DNA of 46,495 nucleotides from a virus: positions 1 through 46,495 of the IMG/VR virus record IMGVR_UViG_3300045988_032792, one strand, 5' to 3'. The stretch's first letter is position 1, and each line of letters starts with the position of its first letter. Positions 32,227 to 39,803 of the stretch are shown piece after piece. The notes beneath the pieces were generated by a model, which saw nothing but the letters and a program-made list of their open reading frames with translations, had not been told where the DNA came from and did no database searches. Made by a program: the position numbers and the translations under genes.

Positions 32227-33734
32227 TACACGGAGAATTAATCGTTGATAATTTTGCAGGCGGGGGCGGTGCATCTACAGGTATTGAGCTGGCAACGGGA
32301 TATAGCGTTGACATAGCAATCAACCATGATCCTGAAGCTATACGGATGCACAAAACCAACCATCCTAACACGAAGCATTACTGCGAGGATGTATGGCAGG
32401 TGGATCCAATAGAAGCCTGCAACGGGCACCCAGTAGGACTTGCGTGGTTTTCCCCGGATTGCAAACATTTTTCAAAAGCAAAAGGCGGAAAACCAAAGGA
32501 TAAATTCATCCGGGGCCTTGCCTGGGTAGCCTGCCGATGGGCGGGGCTTGTAAGACCCAGAGTGATAATGTTGGAAAATGTAGAAGAATTTAAAACCTGG
32601 GGGCCACTTAACAGAGGGCATCATCCCATTAAGAGCAAACAGGGGAAAACATTTGAAAAATTTGTGCAGCAATTAACTGATCTTGGGTATACAGTACAGT
32701 TCAGAGAGCTTGTAGCTGCTGATTACGGCGCTCCTACAATGAGAAAGAGATTCTTTATGATTGCCAGATGCGATGGGAAGCCTATTGCATGGCCGCAACC
32801 GACACATGGACCGATAGACAGCGAAGCAGTAAGAACCGGAAAACTCAAACCTTATGTTGGAGCATATACACAGATTGATTTCTCCAAGCCTTGTCCGTCT
32901 ATATTTGATACATCAGAGGAAATCAAAGAGAAATATGGTATCCGGGCAGTAAGACCATTAGCTCCCAAGACAATGGCGAGAATTGCACGGGGATTGAAAA
33001 AATTTGTGCTGGATAATCCAGAGCCATTTATTGTGCCAATCGGGCACGGAGAAAAGAAAGACCAACTTCCACGGGTACACGATATCAGACAGCCATTGCC
33101 GACGATAGTGGGAAATGGAAAACATTATCTTGCAAGCCCGCTCCTTATTCAATATCATTCTGAAACTACAAAAGATGAAGTAAGGGGGCAAACCATTATT
33201 GATCCAGTTATGACAGTGGACAGCTCAAATAGATATGGACTGGTAACTTCTTTCCTGAGTAAATTTTACAAATCAGGTACGGGACAAGATATCAGGGAAC
33301 CTTTACACACGATTACAACATCACCGGGACATTTTGGAGAGGTACGAGCTTTTCTTATCAAATATTATGGATGCGGCACCGGACAGGATATAAAAGAACC
33401 TCTTGATACAGTTACCGCACAAGACAGATTTGGCCTGGTAGAAATCAACGGGGCGGAATATCAAATTGCAGACATAGGGTTAAGAATGCTGGAACCCAGC
33501 GAACTATACGGCTGTCAGGGCTTCCCGGAAGACTACATAATCGACCATGATTATACAGGGAAGACATATAGCAGAACTGAGCAGGTGCGGAGATGTGGAA
33601 ACGCTGTATGCCCACCAATACCAGCAGCCATGGTAAAAAGCAATCTGCCAGATCTATGTGTAGCAACCAGAAATCCTATTTGCAGAAATGACAGGATGAA
33701 GGAAGAGACTACAGGACAATTGAGATTTGCATAG
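32223..33734 (+). CDS. C5-cytosine DNA methyltransferase with long repeat-containing variable region, orphan
   Basis: Motifs DNFAGGGGAS (I), SPDCKHFS (IV), MLENVEEF (VI), TMRKRFF (VIII), CGNAVCPP (X). About 250 aa lie between motif VIII and the C-terminal motifs. Confidence 0.92.
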   Translation: MIHGELIVDNFAGGGGASTGIELATGYSVDIAINHDPEAIRMHKTNHPNTKHYCEDVWQVDPIEACNGHPVGLAWFSPDCKHFSKAKGGKPKDKFIRGLAWVACRWAGLVRPRVIMLENVEEFKTWGPLNRGHHPIKSKQGKTFEKFVQQLTDLGYTVQFRELVAADYGAPTMRKRFFMIARCDGKPIAWPQPTHGPIDSEAVRTGKLKPYVGAYTQIDFSKPCPSIFDTSEEIKEKYGIRAVRPLAPKTMARIARGLKKFVLDNPEPFIVPIGHGEKKDQLPRVHDIRQPLPTIVGNGKHYLASPLLIQYHSETTKDEVRGQTIIDPVMTVDSSNRYGLVTSFLSKFYKSGTGQDIREPLHTITTSPGHFGEVRAFLIKYYGCGTGQDIKEPLDTVTAQDRFGLVEINGAEYQIADIGLRMLEPSELYGCQGFPEDYIIDHDYTGKTYSRTEQVRRCGNAVCPPIPAAMVKSNLPDLCVATRNPICRNDRMKEETTGQLRFA

Positions 33735-33746
33735 AGGTGAGAAAAA

Positions 33747-34085
33747 ATGGATGAAAAATTAAGATTTCACGTCCTGGTTATGTTATTAGCAGAAACTTAT
33801 GATTTAGAAGATTCTTTATTCGAGAATGAAATTGATAAGTTTGAAGAATTAATTTCCGAAGCAGGTGGAAAAGCATGGTTTCAGGCCGCAAAATCTGATT
33901 ACAATGATATTGAAATTACAACATACAAAGATATGGAGCGCCTTCATTATTATGCGGAATATTACGATGGATACCAAGCGCCATTTGTTGTATGCGACTG
34001 GGATAAACCTATTAAAGAATTAGAAGAATTATTAAAACTAGCATCACCGATTTTATATAAAGAATATATTGTGAGGCTAAAATAA
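33747..34085 (+). CDS. Hypothetical acidic protein
   Basis: 112-aa ORF with RBS gaggtgag. Confidence 0.6.
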   Translation: MDEKLRFHVLVMLLAETYDLEDSLFENEIDKFEELISEAGGKAWFQAAKSDYNDIEITTYKDMERLHYYAEYYDGYQAPFVVCDWDKPIKELEELLKLASPILYKEYIVRLK

Positions 34086-34131
34086 GCGGAGTATTTGTCT
34101 TTCAAATGCCTGCTGATTCGGAGGAAACAGA

Positions 34132-34397
34132 ATGAAATATCCAGAAGATTTATATATTGATTCCCAAATTTTCGCAGCTAATATGGATGGTTCGGAATCT
34201 AATTTTACAGAAAAATTGTAAAAACACGAACACCTCATTTGTGCTGCGTATGTGAAAACCAGATACCTAAAGGTTCAAAGATGCTGAGACAGAAAGCTAT
34301 AGTAGAAGGCGAGGGATGGAAAAGTTGTTATGTATGCCTACCTTGCATAGAAAAGTGGCTAGAAGAGTCGGGACAAGTAGAAGAAAAAGAATATTGA
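34132..34397 (+). pseudogene. Frameshift-interrupted Cys4 zinc-ribbon gene
   Basis: ATG 34132 (RBS ggagga) runs 29 codons to TAA 34219. The -1 frame continues ...KIVKTRTPHLCCVCENQIPKG...CYVCLPCIEKW to TGA 34395-97. The junction is at the A5 run 34211-15. Confidence 0.5.
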
Positions 34398-34423
34398 GAG
34401 CATTTTTACATAGGAGGTCAGAA

Positions 34424-34972
34424 ATGACAAGAGCAGAGGTGACGAAATTTCTTAGCCAGTTGCTCATAGATACACGCTTTGCTGGTGCAGGGAAACACTG
34501 GGCCAGCGAAGTTAGTGTTGATCCATGGGGAACTGAAGCTAAAAGAATTGATTATATGCAGTTTTCTCCGGCAAATCAGTGTTCTGTATCAGGAATTGAA
34601 AAGGGCATATTTACCTGCTACGAGATTAAAAGCTGCAAAGAGGATGTATACAGCGGGAACGGACTAAATTTCCTTGGCGAAAAAAATTACCTGGTAACAA
34701 CGATGGAGTGCTATAAAGAAATTTTACCAGATTTCCGCAGCGGGAAATTTGCCAAACACATGAAAGAGCTGTTCCCGGAATCCTCCAACTACTTTGGTGT
34801 TATGGTTGCGATACCAGGCTGGGCAGAGGTAACAGATGAATTTGAAAATCCTACGCCACTGGACACAGAGGTAAAGCGGTGGAAACTGGCGTGTATATTA
34901 CCTTGCCATGAAGGACCAAGAAAGAGATCCATGACGGAATTATTGTTTTGCATGGTGAGAAGCGGGCATTGA
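34424..34972 (+). CDS. PD-(D/E)xK nuclease-like protein (MmcB-like, tentative)
   Basis: ATG after taggaggt, chosen over the track start 34316. RIDYM...CYEIKSCKED resembles a D...ExK motif. Confidence 0.6.
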   Translation: MTRAEVTKFLSQLLIDTRFAGAGKHWASEVSVDPWGTEAKRIDYMQFSPANQCSVSGIEKGIFTCYEIKSCKEDVYSGNGLNFLGEKNYLVTTMECYKEILPDFRSGKFAKHMKELFPESSNYFGVMVAIPGWAEVTDEFENPTPLDTEVKRWKLACILPCHEGPRKRSMTELLFCMVRSGH

Positions 34973-35014
34973 GAAAGGATGGGATAATATGATCTATATA
35001 AGGAGGATTGGAGA

Positions 35015-35357
35015 ATGAGAGATGAAATGACACTTGTACAGAACGAAGATGGCACATTTAGCGCATACGATGATACATACGATGTTGTAATACATTGTGA
35101 AACGGAAGAGGAACGGGAGAAAGCTATTGAGCGTTTAAAATCTACTAATTGAATTCCAATAGACGAGAGATTGCCAGAAACAGATGATTATATCTTGGTT
35201 TCATTTAGCAACTATATACTACCAGATATTGGACGATACGAAGCTGATAAGGATGGAGGAGGTGCTTTTTCCGGGAAATGAAGAAAGAAGCTATGCGTCT
35301 TTTGGATTGTTCATCAATGCTTGGATGCCACTTCCAGAACCATATAAGGAGGACTGA
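35015..35357 (+). pseudogene. DUF551-like gene interrupted by in-frame TGA and a +1 frameshift
   Basis: TGA 35150-52 sits where the DUF551 Trp is expected (N-[TGA]-IPIDERLPE). Reading then stops at TGA 35279. The +1 frame after the T5 run 35266-70 gives ...SFGLFINAWMPLPEPYKED*. Confidence 0.5.
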
Positions 35358-35359
35358 AC

Positions 35360-35527
35360 ATGATTGAATACACTGAAAAAGACAGTAAAGAGCTCGTAGA
35401 AGCCTTGAACACATTAATTTCAAAATGCGCAAAGGCAAAAAGTTACGAACTCAATTGCATCGTATCTTACGGAGAGAATCTGGAACTTGATTGTCATTTC
35501 GGCTTCAAAATGCACAAGGAGGACTAA
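35360..35527 (+). CDS. Small hypothetical protein (55 aa)
   Basis: ATG after aaggagga. Below the track cutoff. Confidence 0.5.
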   Translation: MIEYTEKDSKELVEALNTLISKCAKAKSYELNCIVSYGENLELDCHFGFKMHKED

Positions 35528-35680
35528 ATTGGATATTGTAAATTATACTGCCCGGACGGTGAAACACAGTGCTGCATCTGCTGCGAGAAGCAAGGCGGTT
35601 GCGATAACCGGTGCGACATGATGGATAGCTATGAATATGCAGAGGAATGCGAAAATTATGTTAAGGAGGAAGAGACATGA
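35528..35680 (+). CDS. Cys-rich small ORF lacking a canonical start (possible ATT start or TAA read-through)
   Basis: IGYCKLYCPDGETQCCICCEKQGGCDNRCD... follows TAA 35525 in frame. GGAGG lies 5 nt upstream of ATT 35528. The stop overlaps the next ATG (ATGA). Confidence 0.35.
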   Translation: MGYCKLYCPDGETQCCICCEKQGGCDNRCDMMDSYEYAEECENYVKEEET

Positions 35681-35778
35681 TTACGTTCTTATTAGGACTT
35701 GCACTTGGAATCATAGTCGGAGTGGCTGGCCTTGTATGTGTAGCGATCATGTACGACAAGCACCACCCAGACGAATAG
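35677..35778 (+). CDS. Small single-TM peptide (33 aa)
   Basis: RBS aaggagga. Product MITFLLGLALGIIVGVAGLVCVAIMYDKHHPDE. Confidence 0.4.
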   Translation: MITFLLGLALGIIVGVAGLVCVAIMYDKHHPDE

Positions 35779-35791
35779 AAAGGAGAACGGT

Positions 35792-36106
35792 ATGCTGACA
35801 AGGAATAAGAAGCTGAAAGACTACGGTATTCCGGCAGAGGATATTGAAAAACTGAACACGATGCTGAAAGACTTTCCGACAGAGTACGGATACCTGCTTA
35901 CCAGTGCTGCCTTGTCAGCTTGCCCGAAAAACACGGTGATAGCGGATATGGTTATTGAGAATATCCTGCACCGGAAAAGTTACAGGAAAATCAGCAAAGA
36001 AAGATATATCCCGATGAACCCGAAGGACTTTTATGGATACAGGCGTAAGACCGTCGCTGTACTGTATGAGAGAATGCGGTTATTGGGAGTGTGGGAGGAA
36101 AAATAA
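35792..36106 (+). CDS. Paralog of the late-regulator-like protein (ArpU/RinA-like position and size, tentative)
   Basis: 104 aa. Shares M.TR.K.L.D(Y/F)G..EDI..L...S.CP...KSY..I...YIP...DFY.Y.RK...Y with 38905-39204. Confidence 0.65.
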   Translation: MLTRNKKLKDYGIPAEDIEKLNTMLKDFPTEYGYLLTSAALSACPKNTVIADMVIENILHRKSYRKISKERYIPMNPKDFYGYRRKTVAVLYERMRLLGVWEEK

Positions 36107-36487
36107 ATGAAAGAATATAAATGTCCAAAGTGCAATAGTAAAAACCTTTTTGTCAAGAAAGTTGGGAATAATACGGGATTGTATTGCGGGGATTGCGGTG
36201 CATGGATTAAATGGGTCGGGAAAAATGAGCTGAGAGCGTTTGAATATTTAACTAAGCAGAAACACGTAGACGATGCTAATAGCAAACAAGACGATATTGC
36301 AAGCATCATTTATAGCACTCTCGATCATATGTATTGCGATAATTGCAGATTCAATAGCGAAATTAAAGAAAGTGATAATGGTGAATGGAACTGTGATGAA
36401 TGCCACAGAAAATATAATGGATGGGGAATTTCCATGCAGGAAAGTAATAAAATTGCAAAAGAAATTTTAAAACAGTTAGGAGAATAG
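36107..36487 (+). CDS. Double Zn-ribbon protein
   Basis: CPKCNS...CGDCG and CDNC...CDEC motifs. Confidence 0.65.
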   Translation: MKEYKCPKCNSKNLFVKKVGNNTGLYCGDCGAWIKWVGKNELRAFEYLTKQKHVDDANSKQDDIASIIYSTLDHMYCDNCRFNSEIKESDNGEWNCDECHRKYNGWGISMQESNKIAKEILKQLGE

Positions 36488-36490
36488 AAT

Positions 36491-36730
36491 ATGAGCAGAC
36501 TGATTGATGCAGACAAAATAATTGACTCTCTTGGAAATTCGGATATGGATTTTGCAATAGGTGCAGTTATTGACGAACAGCCGACAGTTTTTGATGTGGA
36601 CAAGGTTATTAGTGAATTGAAAAGAGATAAATTCGTTGAATCCGAATGTATCTTATCTGATGTACATCAAGGATACAATGCTGGACTGAACAGAGCAATC
36701 GAAATCGTGAAAGGCGGTGGAGTTGAATGA
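36491..36730 (+). CDS. Hypothetical protein
   Basis: 79-aa ORF with RBS taggaga. Confidence 0.6.
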   Translation: MSRLIDADKIIDSLGNSDMDFAIGAVIDEQPTVFDVDKVISELKRDKFVESECILSDVHQGYNAGLNRAIEIVKGGGVE

Positions 36731-37209
36731 GAGAAATTCTTTTCAAGGCAAAGCGGATTGATAATGGCGAGTGGGTCGAGGGATATTACCTAAGAGATCA
36801 ATATCACATAGGGGGAAAGGACATTATTTTTTATCGAAAGGATTCAGATCGGTTTACAGTATATACCAATATAATTGATATAGAAACCCTCTGCCAGTTC
36901 ACAGGACTTTGCGACAAGAACGGTAAGAGAATCTGGGAAAATGACATCCTGATGTGCCGTGGAAACTCAGAAGATCTTGTAAAAGTGGCATTTGGAGAAT
37001 TTGGCGTAAGAAATATTGAAACCGGATCCATAGTAGATAAAGTTATCGGATGGCATTATGAAGTTGTTCCGACAGATACAATCAGCAGATGCGAACCATT
37101 CTGCTGGACAATGCCATTGACAGAATATTATATCGACAGATGCGAAATGGAAGTAGTTAGCAATATTTTCGACAATCCAGAATTGTTACAGGAGGAATCA
37201 GATGAGTAA
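36727..37209 (+). CDS. YopX-family protein
   Basis: MREILFKAKRIDNGEWVEGYY...QFTGLCDKNGKRIWENDI...GNIFDNPELL. Confidence 0.85.
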   Translation: MREILFKAKRIDNGEWVEGYYLRDQYHIGGKDIIFYRKDSDRFTVYTNIIDIETLCQFTGLCDKNGKRIWENDILMCRGNSEDLVKVAFGEFGVRNIETGSIVDKVIGWHYEVVPTDTISRCEPFCWTMPLTEYYIDRCEMEVVSNIFDNPELLQEESDE

Positions 37210-37357
37210 AGGCAAAGACATTTCAACCATGTTTACGAGGGAAGAAAACAAAAAGAATGGAATAGTTGGATATTATCGGGCTGACAGTAGAAAAATTGAT
37301 GTTATCAGTCCTGCACAGTACGGAGTATTCTTGCAGAAAAGAGGTAGGAGAAAATGA
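37202..37357 (+). CDS. Small basic ORF (51 aa)
   Basis: Start overlaps the YopX stop, and its own stop overlaps the next ATG. Below the track cutoff. Confidence 0.4.
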   Translation: MSKGKDISTMFTREENKKNGIVGYYRADSRKIDVISPAQYGVFLQKRGRRK

Positions 37358-37626
37358 GCAAATCAGTATTAGTGATAAATACGCCAAAATATTGTGCTTT
37401 ATGCGTTTTACGCAGCGGAGTGCTTCACCCGTTCTGTAGAGTAAACAATAGAGATATTACAGATTTGAGTATTAGACCAGATTGGTGTCCATTGAAGCCA
37501 TTGCCAGAGAAAATGAAAGTAACTGGGCTTTATAACGGCGAATATTTCAAAGCAGGAGGTAAACTACCGAGCTATAAAATCGGATGGAATAAATGTATTG
37601 ATGAGATCACAGGAAAGGCGAAGTAA
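37354..37626 (+). CDS. Cys-containing hypothetical protein
   Basis: 90-aa ORF with RBS taggaga. Confidence 0.55.
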   Translation: MSKSVLVINTPKYCALCVLRSGVLHPFCRVNNRDITDLSIRPDWCPLKPLPEKMKVTGLYNGEYFKAGGKLPSYKIGWNKCIDEITGKAK

Positions 37627-37628
37627 TC

Positions 37629-37814
37629 ATGTGGTTTTTGTGTCAAGAGCCGTGCAAAACATTAGAAGAAGCACGGAAAAGAGCAATGGAAATTGGACGA
37701 GAGAATTTTGATTCTATTCATAAAGAACGCTATGGATTGTTTTTTAAAAAAACTGTATATGTGGTTCTCTGGTGGAAATGGATTGAGAAAGGAGAGGTAA
37801 ATGGCAAGAAATAG
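37629..37814 (+). CDS. Hypothetical protein
   Basis: 61-aa ORF. Confidence 0.45.
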   Translation: MWFLCQEPCKTLEEARKRAMEIGRENFDSIHKERYGLFFKKTVYVVLWWKWIEKGEVNGKK

Positions 37815-37992
37815 GTATCCAGGAACTTGTTATTGTTGCGGTAAAAAAGTTCCAACAGGTTATGGACATTTCGAAAGATATAAAGGTGGTTGGAGAATCA
37901 AATGCGTAAAATGCGCAAGTGGTAGAGTTGTCAGAGATTCTGATAAAGAGGTAAAGCGAGCAATAAGATTAAGGGAGGAAAAATATGATTGA
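37801..37992 (+). CDS. Zn-ribbon protein
   Basis: CYCCGKK...CVKC motif. RBS aaaggagaggt. Confidence 0.55.
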   Translation: MARNRYPGTCYCCGKKVPTGYGHFERYKGGWRIKCVKCASGRVVRDSDKEVKRAIRLREEKYD

Positions 37993-38350
37993 TTTAACAG
38001 GAAAAAGTGTATTTGTAAGAACGCAGGAAGAATATTTGAGTGTTTTGAAAATGGCGAGGCTTCAGTGATTCACATGGGCGAGAGGAAGCCATTTAAACCC
38101 TATTGAAATTCCACTTCCAAACATGTTGAATTTTTACAGCAGCAAGATTGCTACTTACAGAACCGGTGAAAAAAAGACATTGTATGAAGCATCCGAAATC
38201 GTCGAAGATGAAGAAAAAATCAAGGATGCAGTAAACCTTGTCAGAACATTTGCTAAAAGCCCAGACAGAACAGCATTGACGGACTCATTTATTGAGTCCT
38301 TGAAGTTACTTGCAGATAATGTAGAAAGTCAGATGGAAGAGGTGAAGTAG
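37985..38350 (+). pseudogene. Gene interrupted by a single in-frame TGA (38066-68)
   Basis: ATG 37985 after gggagga. Product MIDLTGKSVFVRTQEEYLSVLKMARLQ-[TGA]-FTWARGSHLNP... is in the same frame as track ORF 38123-38350, which itself has no RBS. Confidence 0.45.
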
Positions 38351-38797
38351 ATGGAGAGATTAACAAAGATAACTGAGATTGGAAACGCTTACTTTCCTAA
38401 ATGCTTTGAAGAGCCATGCTGCGGAATGGGAGAATGCATTGATGATAGATGCAGTCTTATGCTTGACGCTTGCAAAAAGCTGGCAGAATATGAGCAGTTA
38501 GAAGAACAGGGCTTGCTTGTGAGATTGCCGTGCAAGGTTGGAGATATGGTTTGGGTGGTAACATCGCCAATTAATGTGTTTGGTTATGATGAATATGATG
38601 GAGATGCGGAATATGAAGTATATGAATCTTTTTTATCAAGCGTATCTTATTATGCGTCTGGAGAACAATTCAGAATTTACGCAAAAGTAACGAATAGTTT
38701 TATTGTGGCATACTTTAGAGAATGTGATTTTGGAGAATCTATATTCCTCACCCGTGAAGATGCTGAGAAGAAGTTGGAGGAGATGAAGAATGATTGA
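38351..38797 (+). CDS. Hypothetical protein with N-terminal Cys cluster
   Basis: 148-aa ORF with CFEEPCCGMGECIDDRC. Confidence 0.65.
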   Translation: MERLTKITEIGNAYFPKCFEEPCCGMGECIDDRCSLMLDACKKLAEYEQLEEQGLLVRLPCKVGDMVWVVTSPINVFGYDEYDGDAEYEVYESFLSSVSYYASGEQFRIYAKVTNSFIVAYFRECDFGESIFLTREDAEKKLEEMKND

Positions 38798-38885
38798 TAG
38801 TTTAATAGCATTTACATTTGGAATAATATTCGGATCATTTGGCACTATTTACTTGATTGCACATTTTGTCGGCAAGCGTAAATAG
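38790..38885 (+). CDS. Small TM peptide (31 aa)
   Basis: RBS ggaggag. Product MIDSLIAFTFGIIFGSFGTIYLIAHFVGKRK. Confidence 0.35.
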   Translation: MIDSLIAFTFGIIFGSFGTIYLIAHFVGKRK

Positions 38886-38904
38886 CAATAAAAGGAGTGA
38901 TGAT

Positions 38905-39204
38905 ATGCGAACCAGGCAAAAGTCGCTTGTTGATTTTGGCGTATATCCAGAAGACATTAATCGTTTAAAGGATATATGTCAAAAAGCTACACCAGAGCAG
39001 AGACACGATATTTTACATTGCTGCATAAGTTCTTGTCCTCCGGGGATTGAGCTTCTGGTGTACGAATCTATTGTAACAAACAAATCCTATGACCGTATCA
39101 TGAAAACGAAATACATACCGGCAAAGCGAGACGATTTCTACGCATACAAGCGCAAGGCAATGGCTATGTTTTATGATACTTTAAGAAAACTAAGAGAAAT
39201 ATAA
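38905..39204 (+). CDS. Putative late-gene transcriptional regulator (ArpU/RinA-like position)
   Basis: ATG after aaaggagtg, chosen over the track start 38857. 99 aa. It is the last gene before the late promoter motif and the packaging genes. Paralog of 35792-36106. Confidence 0.6.
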   Translation: MRTRQKSLVDFGVYPEDINRLKDICQKATPEQRHDILHCCISSCPPGIELLVYESIVTNKSYDRIMKTKYIPAKRDDFYAYKRKAMAMFYDTLRKLREI

Positions 39205-39220
39205 TATTACAATTAATATT

Positions 39221-39263
39221 AAAATGTGGGGACAAATTTTTCTGCCATGTATGGTAATATAGT
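39221..39263 (+). promoter_or_regulatory. Putative late promoter (second copy of AAATGTGGGGACAA-N-TTTTT plus TATAGT)
   Basis: Same 14-mer and the same 22-nt gap to the -10-like hexamer (39258-63) as at 2121-2163. Confidence 0.55.
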
Positions 39264-39315
39264 ATATATCTATGACTATGTGCCGTATGTGGCAGTTTTT
39301 TTGCGAGGTGATAAT

Positions 39316-39573
39316 GTGGCGAACTTAAAAGCAGTTACGAGAAAACTTCAAAAAGCTATATTATCTACTGGATTAATTATAAAAATCGGAACATCACAAT
39401 TCTACAGCCATGAGCAGGAACGATTGATAACAGTAACAATTATATCAACGCCAGTATTCAGACCAACGAAACATGGAAACTGGAAAGATTGTGATTATGA
39501 AATATTACGAACTGCATCCCAGTATGATGTAGTCATGTGTTTAAAAGAAATATGGGAGGCGGTCAGAAAATGA
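39316..39573 (+). CDS. Hypothetical protein
   Basis: GTG after gaggtga. The track start 39226 lies inside the promoter motif and is rejected. Confidence 0.5.
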   Translation: MANLKAVTRKLQKAILSTGLIIKIGTSQFYSHEQERLITVTIISTPVFRPTKHGNWKDCDYEILRTASQYDVVMCLKEIWEAVRK

Positions 39574-39803
39574 TGGTGGGAGATAAGTATATATTAAGTG
39601 GAGCAAGTCAACTCGGAGTAACAAGAGAAGGAAAGGAAGTAAAAATACCTCCGCTTTCTGTTATAGAAAAAATAAGGGATAACTTTGCAGACAAGCTTAA
39701 ATTTAGAAATATGTTTGTATTATGCAAAACTGGACAAGAAATAGATATTAGTCAGAGTATTATCGAAAGATATTTTATTCCGAATACAAAGGACGGTGGG
39801 TAA
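39570..39803 (+). CDS. Hypothetical protein
   Basis: ATG after gggaggcgg, overlapping the upstream stop. Confidence 0.5.
   Translation: MMVGDKYILSGASQLGVTREGKEVKIPPLSVIEKIRDNFADKLKFRNMFVLCKTGQEIDISQSIIERYFIPNTKDGG

Noticed and set aside
35150-38068. Genome-wide TGA recoding (code 4/25-like)
   Set aside because: TGA terminates many well-delimited genes here (scaffold, capsid, connector, tail chaperone, neck protein). Correctly spaced RBS and start codons of the next gene follow immediately.
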